From an uncultured Chloroflexia bacterium (GTDB taxonomy: Bacteria > Chloroflexota > Limnocylindria > Limnocylindrales > CSP1-4): a stretch of DNA of 64,000 nucleotides. Where the stretch lies: positions 428,260 through 492,259 of the forward strand of contig CAVRZS010000003.1 in assembly GCA_963725745.1 (NCBI GenBank). The letters are read 5' to 3'. The notes below the pieces were generated by a model. It was not told the origin of the DNA. It made no database searches and saw only the letters and a program-made list of their open reading frames with translations. The position numbers and the translations under genes are program-made. How positions within the stretch are numbered: the stretch's first letter is position 1; the number at the start of each line of letters is the position of its first letter. Positions 16,527-26,453 of this stretch are shown piece after piece.

Positions 16527-18056
16527 GGCGCCGCGGCGACCTCCGCCAGCGCCGCGTCGAGCAGCTCGCCGCACAGCACCCCGCGCCACCGCGGCGTGGA
16601 CCAGCGCCGCCGGCGGGTTGGGGCCCAGCGGCTCGCGGACCCGGCGGATGACGTCGAATGCGGCCGAGATGGCGGGCGGGAGGGGCCGCCCGGTGGGCGC
16701 CACGATAGCCATGGTCGACGTGGTGAGCAGCTCGATCGCGAGCACGTCCTCCAGGAGCCCGAGCGCCTCGTCCGTCCGTTGCGCGGTCAGCGCCGCGTTC
16801 GTGGCGTGGTCCTCGACCCCGAGATCCAACGGGCCGATGTCGAGCGTCGCGGGCTGCGCCGCGAGTCGCAGCTCGGCGTAGCGCACGGCCGCGGTGTAGC
16901 GCAGCAGCCCGCCGCCCTGCGCGATGAGCTCTGCGACCGACTCGCCGAACAGCAGCTCGGCCAGCGACGCCCACAGGTGATTCATCCGGCGGTCGGACAG
17001 CTGGCCGACGTGCGCGATCGCCGGCCGCAGCGCATCGAGCCCGAGCGCCATCGCCATGGGGTGGAAGTTGCCGTTGCTGAGCATCCGCCCCGTGGCGATG
17101 TCGACGAGCGGGTTGTCGTCCATCGCGTTGACCTCGATCGAGACCGACCGCGCGAGGATGTCGATGAACTCGCGGAACGCGCCATGGACCTGGGGACCGA
17201 CCCGGAACGAGAGCGGGTCCTGGACGGATTTGGGCACGCCGGGGGTGAACAGCTGGCTGCCGCCGAGGAACGCCCGGATGTCGGAGCCGGATGCGGCCTG
17301 GCCCGGGACCGCCTTGGCCGCGAGCACGGCGGGGTCGAGGACCGACGGATTGCCGGACATCACCTCGAGCCCGGAGGCGAGCGTGAGGTCCGCGATGCGC
17401 GCGATCTGCCGTGCGTGCTCCGCCACCAGCGCCGCATGCCCGATCGACACCCCGTTGGCGGAGATGAGCGCGAGGCCGTCCTTGGGCTCCAGCACGACGG
17501 GCGAAAGGCCGGCGGCGCGCAGCGCGTCGGCGCCCGACACCGTCTCGCCCCGATACTCCGCACGGCCGCGACCGATGAGCACCTGGGCGATGGCGGCCAT
17601 GTGCATCAGGTCCGACGCACCCACGGAGCCGGTGGTCGCGACGATCGGGTGGATGCCGGCGTTCAGCAGCGCGGCCAGCCCCTCGGCGGCCGGCAGGCTC
17701 GCGCCCGAACCGCCGCGGGCGATGCCGTTGAGGCGGACCGCCATCGCGGCCCGCACCACCGGGGTCGGCAGGGGCTCGCCGATCGCGCCCTCGTGCGCGT
17801 TGACAATCATCTCCTGGTACTGACGCAGCGTCTCGCGGGGCACCCGGACGTCGCGCATGTGACCGAGCCCGGTGTTGAGCCCGTAGATCAGCGCCGGACC
17901 GTCGACCAGCGCGTCGACGACGGCCCGGGACGCGCGGATCCGGTCGATCGCGTCCGGGCCGAGCTCGACCCGTGCGCCATGCGCGACTCGCAGCAGGTCG
18001 TCCATGCGCAGGTCGGCCGCGCCGATCTGGACCGCGTCGCTCGCGTCGACCGTCAT
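16523..18056 (-). CDS. Aromatic amino-acid (histidine/phenylalanine) ammonia-lyase family protein lacking the Gly of the Ala-Ser-Gly MIO triad; last ~20 codons reached only after a 1-nt frame correction near 16580
   Basis: YGLNTGLG, GSVGAS-DLMHMAAI (canonical GSVGASGDLAPLA), VQDPLSFRVGPQVHGA, DDNPLV, NGNFH. The alternative frame after ...AAVARG gives VLCGELLDAALAEVAAAP-TGA, overlapping the MFS ATG as ATGA. The span is 1534 nt = 3n+1. Confidence 0.8.
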
Positions 18057-18153
18057 CGCGTCATCTGCCGCCTGCCCAAGCCGCCCTCCATCGAACCCGT
18101 TGGCCGGATTGTCACCGCCCGGCGTTGACGGTCAAGTGCCGTCGCCCCGGCGA

Positions 18154-19874
18154 TCAGTGGCGGAAGTGGCGCGTCCCGGTCACGAGCATCGCCGCGCCGG
18201 CCTCTTCCACCGCCACGAGGACCTCGGCGTCGCGCATCGAGCCGCCGGGCTGGACGATCGCCTGCACGCCGGCATCGAGCAGGAGCCGCGGCCCGTCGGC
18301 GAACGGGAAGAACGCGTCCGAGGCGGCCGCCGCGCCCACCGCCCCATCCTCGCCCTGGAACTGGCGCGCCTTGTCGATGGCGCCCCGGCACGCGTCGACC
18401 CGGCTCACCTGCCCCGAGCCGAGGCCCAACGAGCATCCCGTCGCGGACGAGGACGATCGCGTTCGAGACCACGCCCCGCGCGAGACGCCAGGCGAGGTCG
18501 AGGTCGCGCAGCTCAGCGTCGGTCGGGCGGCGGGACGAGACGCACGCCCAGGCGGCCGGCTCGTCGGGCTGCCGGTCGGGCGCGGTGACCAGCACGGCGC
18601 CGCCGGCGGTCCGCACGGAGCCCAGGTAGTCGATATCCAGCAGGCCGCGGCCGGTGAGCCCGGTGCGGTCCGCGCGCGCGTCGATCGACGGGTCCACGAC
18701 CAGCCGCAGGTTGGGCTTGGTGGCCAGGACCTCGAGCGCCGCGGCGTCGAAGGCCGGCGCGACGACGACCTCGAGGAACAGCGACGTGAGGCGCTCGGCC
18801 AGCGCACGATCGACCGGGCCCGTGAGCGCCACGACGCCGCCGAACGCCGACACGGGATCGCCCGCGAGCGCCGCGTCCCAGGCCTCGAGGAGGCTGTCGC
18901 GTTCCGCGGCGCCGCACGGATTGGTGTGCTTGACGATGACGACGGCGTGACCGCGCAGGAGTCGGGCCAGGGCGGCCGCCGCCGATGCGTCGAGGACGTT
19001 GTTGTAGCTGAGCGCCTTGCCCTGGAGCGGCGGCTCGCCGCTCGCGAACGGACCCTCCGCCGCGCGCGGCTCGCGGTCGATGCGCCGATACCGGGCCGCG
19101 GGCTGGTGCGGATTCTCGCCGTAGCGCAGTGTCTCGACCTTGGCCATCGAGATCGTGAGCACGGGCGGGTAGGGATCCTCGCTGCCGGGCAGGCCCGGCT
19201 CCGCGGGCAGCGGCACGCCCGCGTCGAACATCCGGCACGGCAGCTCGGCGGCGATCCGGGCGTCGTAGGCGGCGGTGTGCGCGAACGCCTCGATCGCGAG
19301 CGCCGAGCGCAGCCCGATCGGCACCTCGCCATGGTCGTCGAGCGCGGCGAGCACGCCCGTCGTACCGCGCGGGCGAGGTGACGATCGCGACCGAGGCGTG
19401 GTTCTTGGCGGCGGCCCGGACCATCGACGGGCCGCCGATGTCGATCTCCTCCACCAGGTCGTCCAGCGAGATGCCCGGCCGCCGCGCGGCCTCCGCGAAC
19501 GGATACAGGTTGACGACGACGAGCTCGAACGGGGCGATCCCGGCGGCCGCGAGCGCCTGGCGGTGGTCCGCGCGGCGGCGGTCGGCGAGCAGCCCGGCAT
19601 GGACGCGCGGGTGGAGCGTCTTGACCCGGCCATCGAGCATCTCGGGGAAGCCCGTGACGTCGGCGACATCGGTCACCGGCAGACCCGCGTCGCGCAGCGC
19701 CCGCGCCGTCCCGCCCGTGCTGACCAGCTCGAACCCGCGTTCGACCAGGCCCGCCCCGAGCTCGGCCAGCCCGGTCTTGTCCGACACCGAGAGCAGTGCC
19801 CGCCGCGGGACCCGGGCGCGATCGTCGAACGCCGCGGGATCGAACGCCGCGCGACGCGCGCCGGGCGGGCTCGT
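18154..19874 (-). CDS. purH: AICAR transformylase / IMP cyclohydrolase (PurH) portion of a purN-purH continuous frame; two 1-nt frame shifts (~18424 and ~19357)
   Basis: [37 protein letters not shown]...[10 protein letters not shown]...VVNLYPF...[30 protein letters not shown] | [14 protein letters not shown]...[10 protein letters not shown]...[11 protein letters not shown]...[12 protein letters not shown] | [11 protein letters not shown]...ASDAFFPF...[10 protein letters not shown]...[11 protein letters not shown]. The three segments sit in three tracked ORFs (18513..21308, 18053..19669, 18154..19332). Confidence 0.9.
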
Positions 19875-20453
19875 GATCGCGCCGGCGAGGAGCGCCGCCA
19901 CGGCCGTGGGCAGGAGCCGGTGCTCGACGGCGTGGAGACGCCCGAGCAGGCTGGCCTCATCGTCGCCCGGGAGCACCGGGACCGCCTCCTGGGCCACGAT
20001 CGGCCCGCCGTCGAGCGTCGCGTCGACGAGATGGACGGTGACGCCGGTCACGGCGACGCCGGCCGCGAGCGCATCGCGCACGGCGTGGAGGCCAGGGAAT
20101 GCCGGCAGCAGCGAGGGATGGACGTTGAGGATCCGCCCCTCGAAGCGCCCGAGGACCGCGGGTCCGACGAGGCGCAGGTAGCCGGCGAGGACCAGCGCGT
20201 CGGGCGCGATCGCGGCGAGCGTGTCGGCGAGGACCGCGTCGTCGCCACCCGGCACGAGCGCGGTCTCGATCCCCTGCTCGCCCGCCCAGTCGAGCGCGGG
20301 ACACGGGCGATCGGCGAACACCAGCGCCACCTCGCCGCCGAGCGCGCCACGCGCCGCGGCACCAACGAGCGCCCGCAGGTTCGACCCGGATCCAGACACC
20401 CCGACGGCGATCCGCCGCACGCCGACGTCGGCCACCTTGCTCACCCCGCTCAC
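19875..20453 (-). CDS. purN: Phosphoribosylglycinamide formyltransferase (PurN) portion; no stop codon before the PurH domain
   Basis: [18 protein letters not shown]...[22 protein letters not shown]...[22 protein letters not shown]...EHRLLP. Candidate starts are GTG 20453 (GTGA overlap with the purM stop), 20444 and 20420. Confidence 0.85.
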
Positions 20454-21586
20454 CCCGCTTCCGCGTAGCGATGGCCGCCCAGGTCCGCGGCGTCGACCAC
20501 CTCCCCGACGACCCAGGCCGGGATCCCGCGCTCGCCGGCCAGCTCGACGGCCCGTCGCGCGTCGCCGGCCGGCACGACCACGACCATGCCCAGCCCCCCG
20601 TTGAACGTCGCGCGCAGCTCGTCCTCCTCGATCCCACCCAGCTCGCCGAACAGGCGCATCTCCGAGGGCATCGGCCAGGTGGACGGCCGGAGTCGAGCGC
20701 CAAGGTCCGCCGGGAGGGCGCGCGGCACGTTGCCCGGCAGGCCGCCGCCGGTGATGTGCGCGATCCCGCGGACGACGCCGCCGTCCGCGGCAAGCGCGGC
20801 GCGAATCGCCATGACGTCGCGGGCGTAGATGCGCGTCGGGGTCAGCAGCACCTCTCCCAGCGTGGCGAACGCGCGATGCGGCTCGGCGTCGAGGCAGCCG
20901 CGCGCCGTGGCATCCCCGAGGACCCGGCGCAGCACCGCCTGGTACGGCGCCCGGAGATCGAGATCGTGCTGCGCGACGAGGGCCCGCACGAGCGAGAACC
21001 CGTTGGCATGCAGGCCGCTCGCCGCGAGCCCGACGATCGCGTCGCCCGCCCGGGCGGCCGTCGCGTCGAGCAGCTGGGCGCGCTCGGCGACCCCGATGCA
21101 GAACCCGGCCAGGTCGAACTCGCCGGCCTCCATGAGCCCCGGGTGCTCGGCCGTCTCGCCGCCCACGAGGGCGGCGCCCGCCTGGCGGCAGCCGTCGGCG
21201 ACCCCGCCCACGAGCTCGGCGATGTGGTGCGGATCGAGCCTGCCGACGGCGATGTAGTCGAGGAACGCGACGGGCTCGGCGCCCGAGCACACGACGTCGT
21301 CGGCGCACATCGCCACGAGGTCGATCCCGATGGTCTCGAACCGTCCCAGCGCGCCCGCGATGGCGGTCTTGGTCCCGACCCCGTCCGTCGAGGACACGAT
21401 GACGGGCTCGCGGATGCCGTCCGGGATCGCGAACGCCGATCCGAAGCCGCCGAGCCCGCCCAGGATCTCCGGGCGCCGGGTCGACTCGACCGCCGCGCGC
21501 ATGAGCTCCACGGCGCGGTCGCCGGCCCGCACGTCGACGCCGGCCCGGGCGTACGCCACGCGGGTGAAGGTCCCCCGCTCGCTCAC
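20450..21586 (-). CDS. purM: Phosphoribosylformylglycinamidine cyclo-ligase (AIR synthetase)
   Basis: The GTG start at 21586 overlaps the purF TGA (GTGA). [18 protein letters not shown]...[10 protein letters not shown]...[10 protein letters not shown]...GGETAEHPG...GLHANGFSL...HITGGG. The tracked 608-aa ORF N-terminus is out-of-frame read-through of purF. Confidence 0.92.
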   Translation of the reverse strand: MSERGTFTRVAYARAGVDVRAGDRAVELMRAAVESTRRPEILGGLGGFGSAFAIPDGIREPVIVSSTDGVGTKTAIAGALGRFETIGIDLVAMCADDVVCSGAEPVAFLDYIAVGRLDPHHIAELVGGVADGCRQAGAALVGGETAEHPGLMEAGEFDLAGFCIGVAERAQLLDATAARAGDAIVGLAASGLHANGFSLVRALVAQHDLDLRAPYQAVLRRVLGDATARGCLDAEPHRAFATLGEVLLTPTRIYARDVMAIRAALAADGGVVRGIAHITGGGLPGNVPRALPADLGARLRPSTWPMPSEMRLFGELGGIEEDELRATFNGGLGMVVVVPAGDARRAVELAGERGIPAWVVGEVVDAADLGGHRYAEAG

Positions 21587-23036
21587 CCGCCGACGCCGCT
21601 TCCCACCGTCTCGAGCAGGAACTTGCGCGCCGAGACGTCGTACGGGACGGGGACGGGATAGTTGCCGTCGAAGCAGGCGAAGCAGAACCGCTCGTACGGC
21701 AGGTCCAGGGCGTTCAGGACGCCCTTGATCGAGAGGTAGCCCAGCGTGTCGGCGCCGATGAAGCCCCGGATCTCCTCCACGGAGTGGGTGGCCGCGATGA
21801 GCTCGGTCTCGATCGAGGTGTCGATGCCGTAGAAGCAGGGGTGGTAGATGGGCGGCGCGCTGATCCGGACGTGGACCTCGCGGGCGCCCGCGCGGCGCAG
21901 CAGGCCGACGATCTGCTTGGTCGTGGTGCCCCGCACGATCGAGTCGTCGACGACGATCAGGCGCCGGTCCCGGATGGTCTCGCGCAGCGGGCTGAGCTTG
22001 ACGTTGACGCCGCGCTGGCGCATCGCCTGCGAGGGCTGGATGAAGGTCCGGCCGCTGTACCGGTTGCGGACCATGCCCTCGCGGAACGGCACGCCCGACG
22101 CCTCCGCGTACCCCGCGGCCGCCGGGGCGCCGGTGTCCGGCACCGGCATCACGAGGTCGGCGTCGACGGGGTGCTCGATCGCGAGCTGCATGCCCATGTG
22201 GCGGCGCGCCTCGTACAGGTTCCGGCCCTCCATGTACGAGTCTGGGCGCGCGAAGTAGATGAGCTCGAACACGCACAGGGCCGGCGTGGCGGTGGCGTAC
22301 TTGACCGAGACCGGCTCGCGCCCGGGTTCGAGGACCACGATCTCGCCGGGCTCGACGTCGCGCACGAACTCGGCGCCACGATGTCGAGGGCCGCGGTCTC
22401 CGAGGCCAGGATCCAGCCCGCGGTGTCGTCGCCCCACAGGCCCGGGCCGTCGGTGCCGTCGCCCGAGATGGGCAGCCGCCCGAGGACCAGCGGCCGGAAG
22501 CCGTGCGGGTCGCGGACGCCGATCACCTGGTGCTCGGACAGGATCACGAGGCTGAACGCGCCCTTGACCCGCGGCAGGACCTTGCACAGGGCGTCGACCG
22601 TGTCGTCGGCCGGCTCGTCGGCGAGGAGCGCGGTCAGGAGCTCCGTGTCGGTGCTCGCGGGGAGGCGTCCTCGCCCGCCCTCGAGCTGGCCGAGCAGCTC
22701 CCGCGTGTTGACGAGGTTGCCGTTGTGCCCGATCGCGAGCGCGCGGCGCGGCCCGAGGCGGAGCGTGGGCTGGGCGTTCTCCCAGACCGTCGACCCCGTG
22801 GTCGAGTAGCGGCAGTGGGCCACCGCGAGGTCGCCCGCGAGCGACGGGATCCGGCGCTCGTCGAGCACCTGGCCGACCATGCCCAGGTCCTTGTAGATCA
22901 TCAGGTTGCGCCCGTCGGACACCCCGACCCCGGCCGACTCCTGGCCGCGATGCTGGAGCGCGAACAGGGCCGTGGCCGCGACTCCCGCGGCCTCGTGGCC
23001 GCGATCGGGCAGGACGACCCCGACGACGCCGCACAT
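21583..23036 (-). CDS. purF: Amidophosphoribosyltransferase; 1-nt deletion frame shift near 22377
   Basis: The N-terminal half is in the frame of ORF 22149..25406: MCGVVGVV...[14 protein letters not shown]...[10 protein letters not shown]...GHNGNLVN...[10 protein letters not shown]. The C-terminal half is in ORF 21583..23034: [15 protein letters not shown]...VMPVPDTG...[11 protein letters not shown]...PCFYGID. The junction reads GTGGCGCC where GTGGGCGCC would be expected. The span is 1454 nt = 3n+2. Confidence 0.9.
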
Positions 23037-25372
23037 CAGGCGAGGTCCTCCCAGCCGAGCGCGCGTGGCAGGCCGTGTTCCCAGGCGTGACGCAGGTCGG
23101 CGATCGCGACGTCGAGCGCGTCGGCGATCCGGCTCCCGCGCTCCTCGGCCGCGCCGGTGGCGCCCTCGCCCGCGAGCTCGATGACCAGCCGCGAGCCCCC
23201 GGTCATGCCGAGCTCGTCGCCCGGCAGCCCGTGCTGGCGCGCCAGGAGGATGAACGCCGGAACGTGGCGCGGCGCCACCTCGACGATCAGCCGCGAGGGG
23301 CTCTCGCCGAACAGCCCGACCGCCGGCGAGCCGCCGACCGTGAGGCGCAGCAGCGCGCCGATGTCGCTCCAGATCGCCATCTCGGCGACCGCCACGGCGA
23401 GCCCGCCACCGGAGACGTCCTGGCAGCTCTCGACCAGCCCCCGGTCGACGGCCTCGCGGATGAACGCCTGGAGGCTGCGCTCGCGCTCGAGGTCGATCGC
23501 GGGCGGGCCATCCTCGGGTGAGGCGCCGGCGAGCCGGGCGTACTCGCTGCCGGCGAGGCCGGCGGCGGCCTGCCCGACCAGCAGGACCGCGTTGCCCTCG
23601 GCGCGGAACGCCGGTCCGACGCGCTTGGCCACGTCGTCGAGCAGGCCGACCACCCCGATCTCGGGCGTGGGATCGATGGCCGCGGCGGGCGACTCGTTGT
23701 ACAGGGAAACGTTGCCACCCGTGACCGGCAGGCCCAGCGCGAGGCACGCGTCCGACAGCCCCCGGACGGCCTCCGTGAGCTGCCAGAAGGCCTCGGGCCG
23801 GGTCGGATCGCCGAAGTTGAGGCAGTTGGTGACGCCCAGTGGCCGGGCCCCGGTGATCGCGACGTTGCGGGCGGCCTCGGCGACCGACATCGCCGCGCCC
23901 AGCCAGGGGTCGATGGCGCCGACCGGCGCGTTCGCGTCGGTCGACGCGACCAGGGCCTTGGTCGTGCCCTTGATCCGCAGCACGGCCGCCCCTCGGCCCG
24001 GGCCGGCCACCGTGTTGGCCTGGACGTTGTGGTCGTACTGCTCGAACACGCTCCGGCGCGACGAGAGATTGGGCGAGCCGAGCAGCGCCAGCAGCACGGC
24101 TCCGGGATCCTGACCGCGGAGGGGCAGCGTGTCCACGGGTTCGACCGGGGCGCCGGGGGCAGGCGCGGCGCGTCGACGTGCGGGCGGCCGCGACTCGCGC
24201 TGGAACACGATCGCGCCCGACGCCAGCGCGGCGGCCGGGATCCTCGCGAGCTCCGTGACCCCGTCGACCGGTCGGCCGTCCGTGCCCAGCGCCCCCGTCG
24301 CGCCGGGACCCGTGAGGACGACGATGTCGGGCTCCGCCGTGACCCGGCCGATGATCGCGACCGGGAGGTCCCATCGCTCGCACACCGCGCGAACGGCCTC
24401 CCACCGGTCCGGCTCGACGATCGCGACCATCCGCTCCTGCGACTCCGAGATCATGACCTCGAACGGTTCGAGGCCCGGCTCGCGGCGCGGGATCGCATCG
24501 AGGTCGACCAGCATCCCGGTGCCCGCCCGGTCCGCCGTCTCGCACGTGGCGCACGTGATCCCCGCGGCGCCCAGGTCCTGCACGCCGACGACGAGCCCCG
24601 CGGCGATCAGCTCGAGGGTCGCCTCGATCAGCAGCTTCTCGGCGAACGGGTCGCCGACCTGGACGGACGGGCGCTTGGACGGGTCCTGATCTCCGAACGT
24701 GGCCGATGCCAACACGGATGCGCCACCGATGCCGTCTCGCCCAGTCGCCGACCCGTACAGGACGACGAGGTTGCCCACGCCGTCGGCCGCGGCCCTCGTC
24801 AGCATCCCGTCCTCGAGCAGCCCGATCGCCATCACGTTGACCAGCGGGTTGCCCTGGTAGGAGGGATCGAACACGAGCTCGCCGCCCACCGTCGGCACGC
24901 CCACGCAGTTGCCGTACCCGCCGACGCCGCGGACCACGCCGTCGACCAGGTGGCGCGTGCGCGGGTCGGACGGGTCGCCGAAGCGCAGGGCGTCGAGGAC
25001 GGCGATCGGCCGGGCGCCCATGGCGAACACGTCGCGCAGGATCCCGCCGACGCCCGTCGCCGCGCCCTGGTAGGGCTCGACCGCGGACGGATGGTTGTGC
25101 GACTCGATCTTGAACGCCACGGCGAGCCCGTCGCCGATCGAGATCACGCCGGCCTGCTCCCCCACCCCCGCGACGACGTCGCGCCCCGCGGTGGGCAGCG
25201 TCGCCAGCAGGGGTCGCGAGCTCTTGTACGAGCAATGCTCGCTCCACATCACGCTGAACATGGCGAGCTCGAGGTCGTTCGGGTCGCGGCCCAGCTTGTC
25301 GCGGATGGCGTCCAGCTCCACGTCCTCGAGCCCGAGGGCCCGGTGCAGCGGGGCGGCGACGGTGGCGGTCAA
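23036..25372 (-). CDS. purL: Phosphoribosylformylglycinamidine synthase subunit PurL (FGAM synthase II)
   Basis: The TTG start at 25372 overlaps the purQ TGA (TTGA). LTATVAAPLHRALGLEDVELDAIRDKLGRDPNDLELAMFSVMWSEHCSYKSS...ESHNHPSAVEP...GNVSLYNES. Confidence 0.92.
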   Translation of the reverse strand: MTATVAAPLHRALGLEDVELDAIRDKLGRDPNDLELAMFSVMWSEHCSYKSSRPLLATLPTAGRDVVAGVGEQAGVISIGDGLAVAFKIESHNHPSAVEPYQGAATGVGGILRDVFAMGARPIAVLDALRFGDPSDPRTRHLVDGVVRGVGGYGNCVGVPTVGGELVFDPSYQGNPLVNVMAIGLLEDGMLTRAAADGVGNLVVLYGSATGRDGIGGASVLASATFGDQDPSKRPSVQVGDPFAEKLLIEATLELIAAGLVVGVQDLGAAGITCATCETADRAGTGMLVDLDAIPRREPGLEPFEVMISESQERMVAIVEPDRWEAVRAVCERWDLPVAIIGRVTAEPDIVVLTGPGATGALGTDGRPVDGVTELARIPAAALASGAIVFQRESRPPARRRAAPAPGAPVEPVDTLPLRGQDPGAVLLALLGSPNLSSRRSVFEQYDHNVQANTVAGPGRGAAVLRIKGTTKALVASTDANAPVGAIDPWLGAAMSVAEAARNVAITGARPLGVTNCLNFGDPTRPEAFWQLTEAVRGLSDACLALGLPVTGGNVSLYNESPAAAIDPTPEIGVVGLLDDVAKRVGPAFRAEGNAVLLVGQAAAGLAGSEYARLAGASPEDGPPAIDLERERSLQAFIREAVDRGLVESCQDVSGGGLAVAVAEMAIWSDIGALLRLTVGGSPAVGLFGESPSRLIVEVAPRHVPAFILLARQHGLPGDELGMTGGSRLVIELAGEGATGAAEERGSRIADALDVAIADLRHAWEHGLPRALGWEDLA

Positions 25373-26142
25373 CGCGCGGCTCCGGCGACGACGGGCTCGG
25401 CGACACCCGGCGACACGCCCCGGATCCATCCGGTCGTGGCCCACTCGGCGGCGCTCACGACGAACGAGCGGATGATGCCCAGGCCATCGTCCGAGCCCAG
25501 GATCGCCTCGGAGGCGGTCTCGGGATGGGGCATGAGCCCGGCGACGTTGCCCGCCGCGTTGCGCACGCCCGCGATCCCGCGCAGGGACCCGTTGGGGTTG
25601 CCGGGGTCGTCGGGTCCGGCCACGGCACCGTCGGGGCCCGCGTAGCGCCACAGGACGCGCCCGTCGCGCTCGAGCGCATCGAGGGTCGGCTCGTCCGCGT
25701 AGTAGCAGCCCTCGCCGTGCGCAACCGGCATCCGCAGCGGGCGGCCGTCGAGCTCACGGGTGAACGGGCTGTCCAGGTCCGCCGGCAGGAGCGTGACCTC
25801 GCGGCACACGAACCGCAGCCCGCGGTTGCGCAGCAGCGCACCGGGGACGAGACCCGCCTCGGCCAGGACCTGGAACCCGTTGCAGATCCCGAGCACCGGC
25901 CCGCCACGGTCGGCGAACGCGGCGACGGCGCGCATGACCGGGCTGAAGCGGGCGATGACCCCGGCCCGCAGGTAGTCGCCGTAGGCGAACCCGCCCGGCA
26001 GCAGCACCCCGGCCACGCCATCGAGGTCGGCCGCCTCGTGCCACAGGATCACCGGCTCGGCGCCCGCGATCGTGACCGCGTTGACCGCGTCGATGTCCCG
26101 GTTCGATCCCGGGAACAGCACGATGCCGATGCGGGCGGTCAC
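25369..26142 (-). CDS. purQ: Phosphoribosylformylglycinamidine synthase glutaminase subunit PurQ
   Basis: The GTG start at 26142 overlaps the purS TGA (GTGA). VTARIGIVLFPGSNRDID...LPGGFAYGDYLRAG...GICNGFQVL...MPHPE. Confidence 0.92.
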   Translation of the reverse strand: MTARIGIVLFPGSNRDIDAVNAVTIAGAEPVILWHEAADLDGVAGVLLPGGFAYGDYLRAGVIARFSPVMRAVAAFADRGGPVLGICNGFQVLAEAGLVPGALLRNRGLRFVCREVTLLPADLDSPFTRELDGRPLRMPVAHGEGCYYADEPTLDALERDGRVLWRYAGPDGAVAGPDDPGNPNGSLRGIAGVRNAAGNVAGLMPHPETASEAILGSDDGLGIIRSFVVSAAEWATTGWIRGVSPGVAEPVVAGAAR

Positions 26143-26453
26143 CCGGCGGCTCCCGCGCCCGCGGTGGCCGGCATCCCCGGCGTGGAGCGCTCGCCCAGCG
26201 GCTCGACCTCGTACGCCTCGATCAGCGGGTTCGACAGCAGCTCGCCGGCCAGCCGCTCGACCACCGCCCGCGCCGTTGCCTCGTCGGCCGCCGACACCGT
26301 CAGCTCGACCCGCCGCCCGACGCGCACGTCGGCGACGCCGTGGATCTCGAGGTGCGGCAGGCTGCGCTCGACGGCCCGGCCCTGTGGGTCGAGGATGCCG
26401 GGCTTGGGCGTCACGTTGACGGCGAACCGGTACGCGCTGACGTGGTCGCTCAT
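26139..26453 (-). CDS. purS: Phosphoribosylformylglycinamidine synthase subunit PurS, with ~25-aa C-terminal extension
   Basis: The ATG at 26453 overlaps the purC TGA (ATGA). MSDHVSAYRFAVNVTPKPGILDPQGRAVERSLPHLEIHGVADVRVGRRVELTV...NPLIEAYEVE. Confidence 0.85.
   Translation of the reverse strand: MSDHVSAYRFAVNVTPKPGILDPQGRAVERSLPHLEIHGVADVRVGRRVELTVSAADEATARAVVERLAGELLSNPLIEAYEVEPLGERSTPGMPATAGAGAAG

Noticed and set aside
15099-18056. 985-aa ammonia-lyase/MFS fusion protein as given in the ORF track
   Set aside because: A 1-nt frame correction at a CCCC run yields a natural lyase C-terminus and an ATGA stop/start overlap with the transporter. The in-frame linker is Arg/Gly-rich junk.
18513-22276. 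931-aa and 608-aa ORFs as extra-long PurN/PurH and PurM proteins
   Set aside because: Their N-terminal portions are Arg-rich read-through across the upstream gene in another frame. Real starts are set by GTGA overlaps and by the onset of family motifs.
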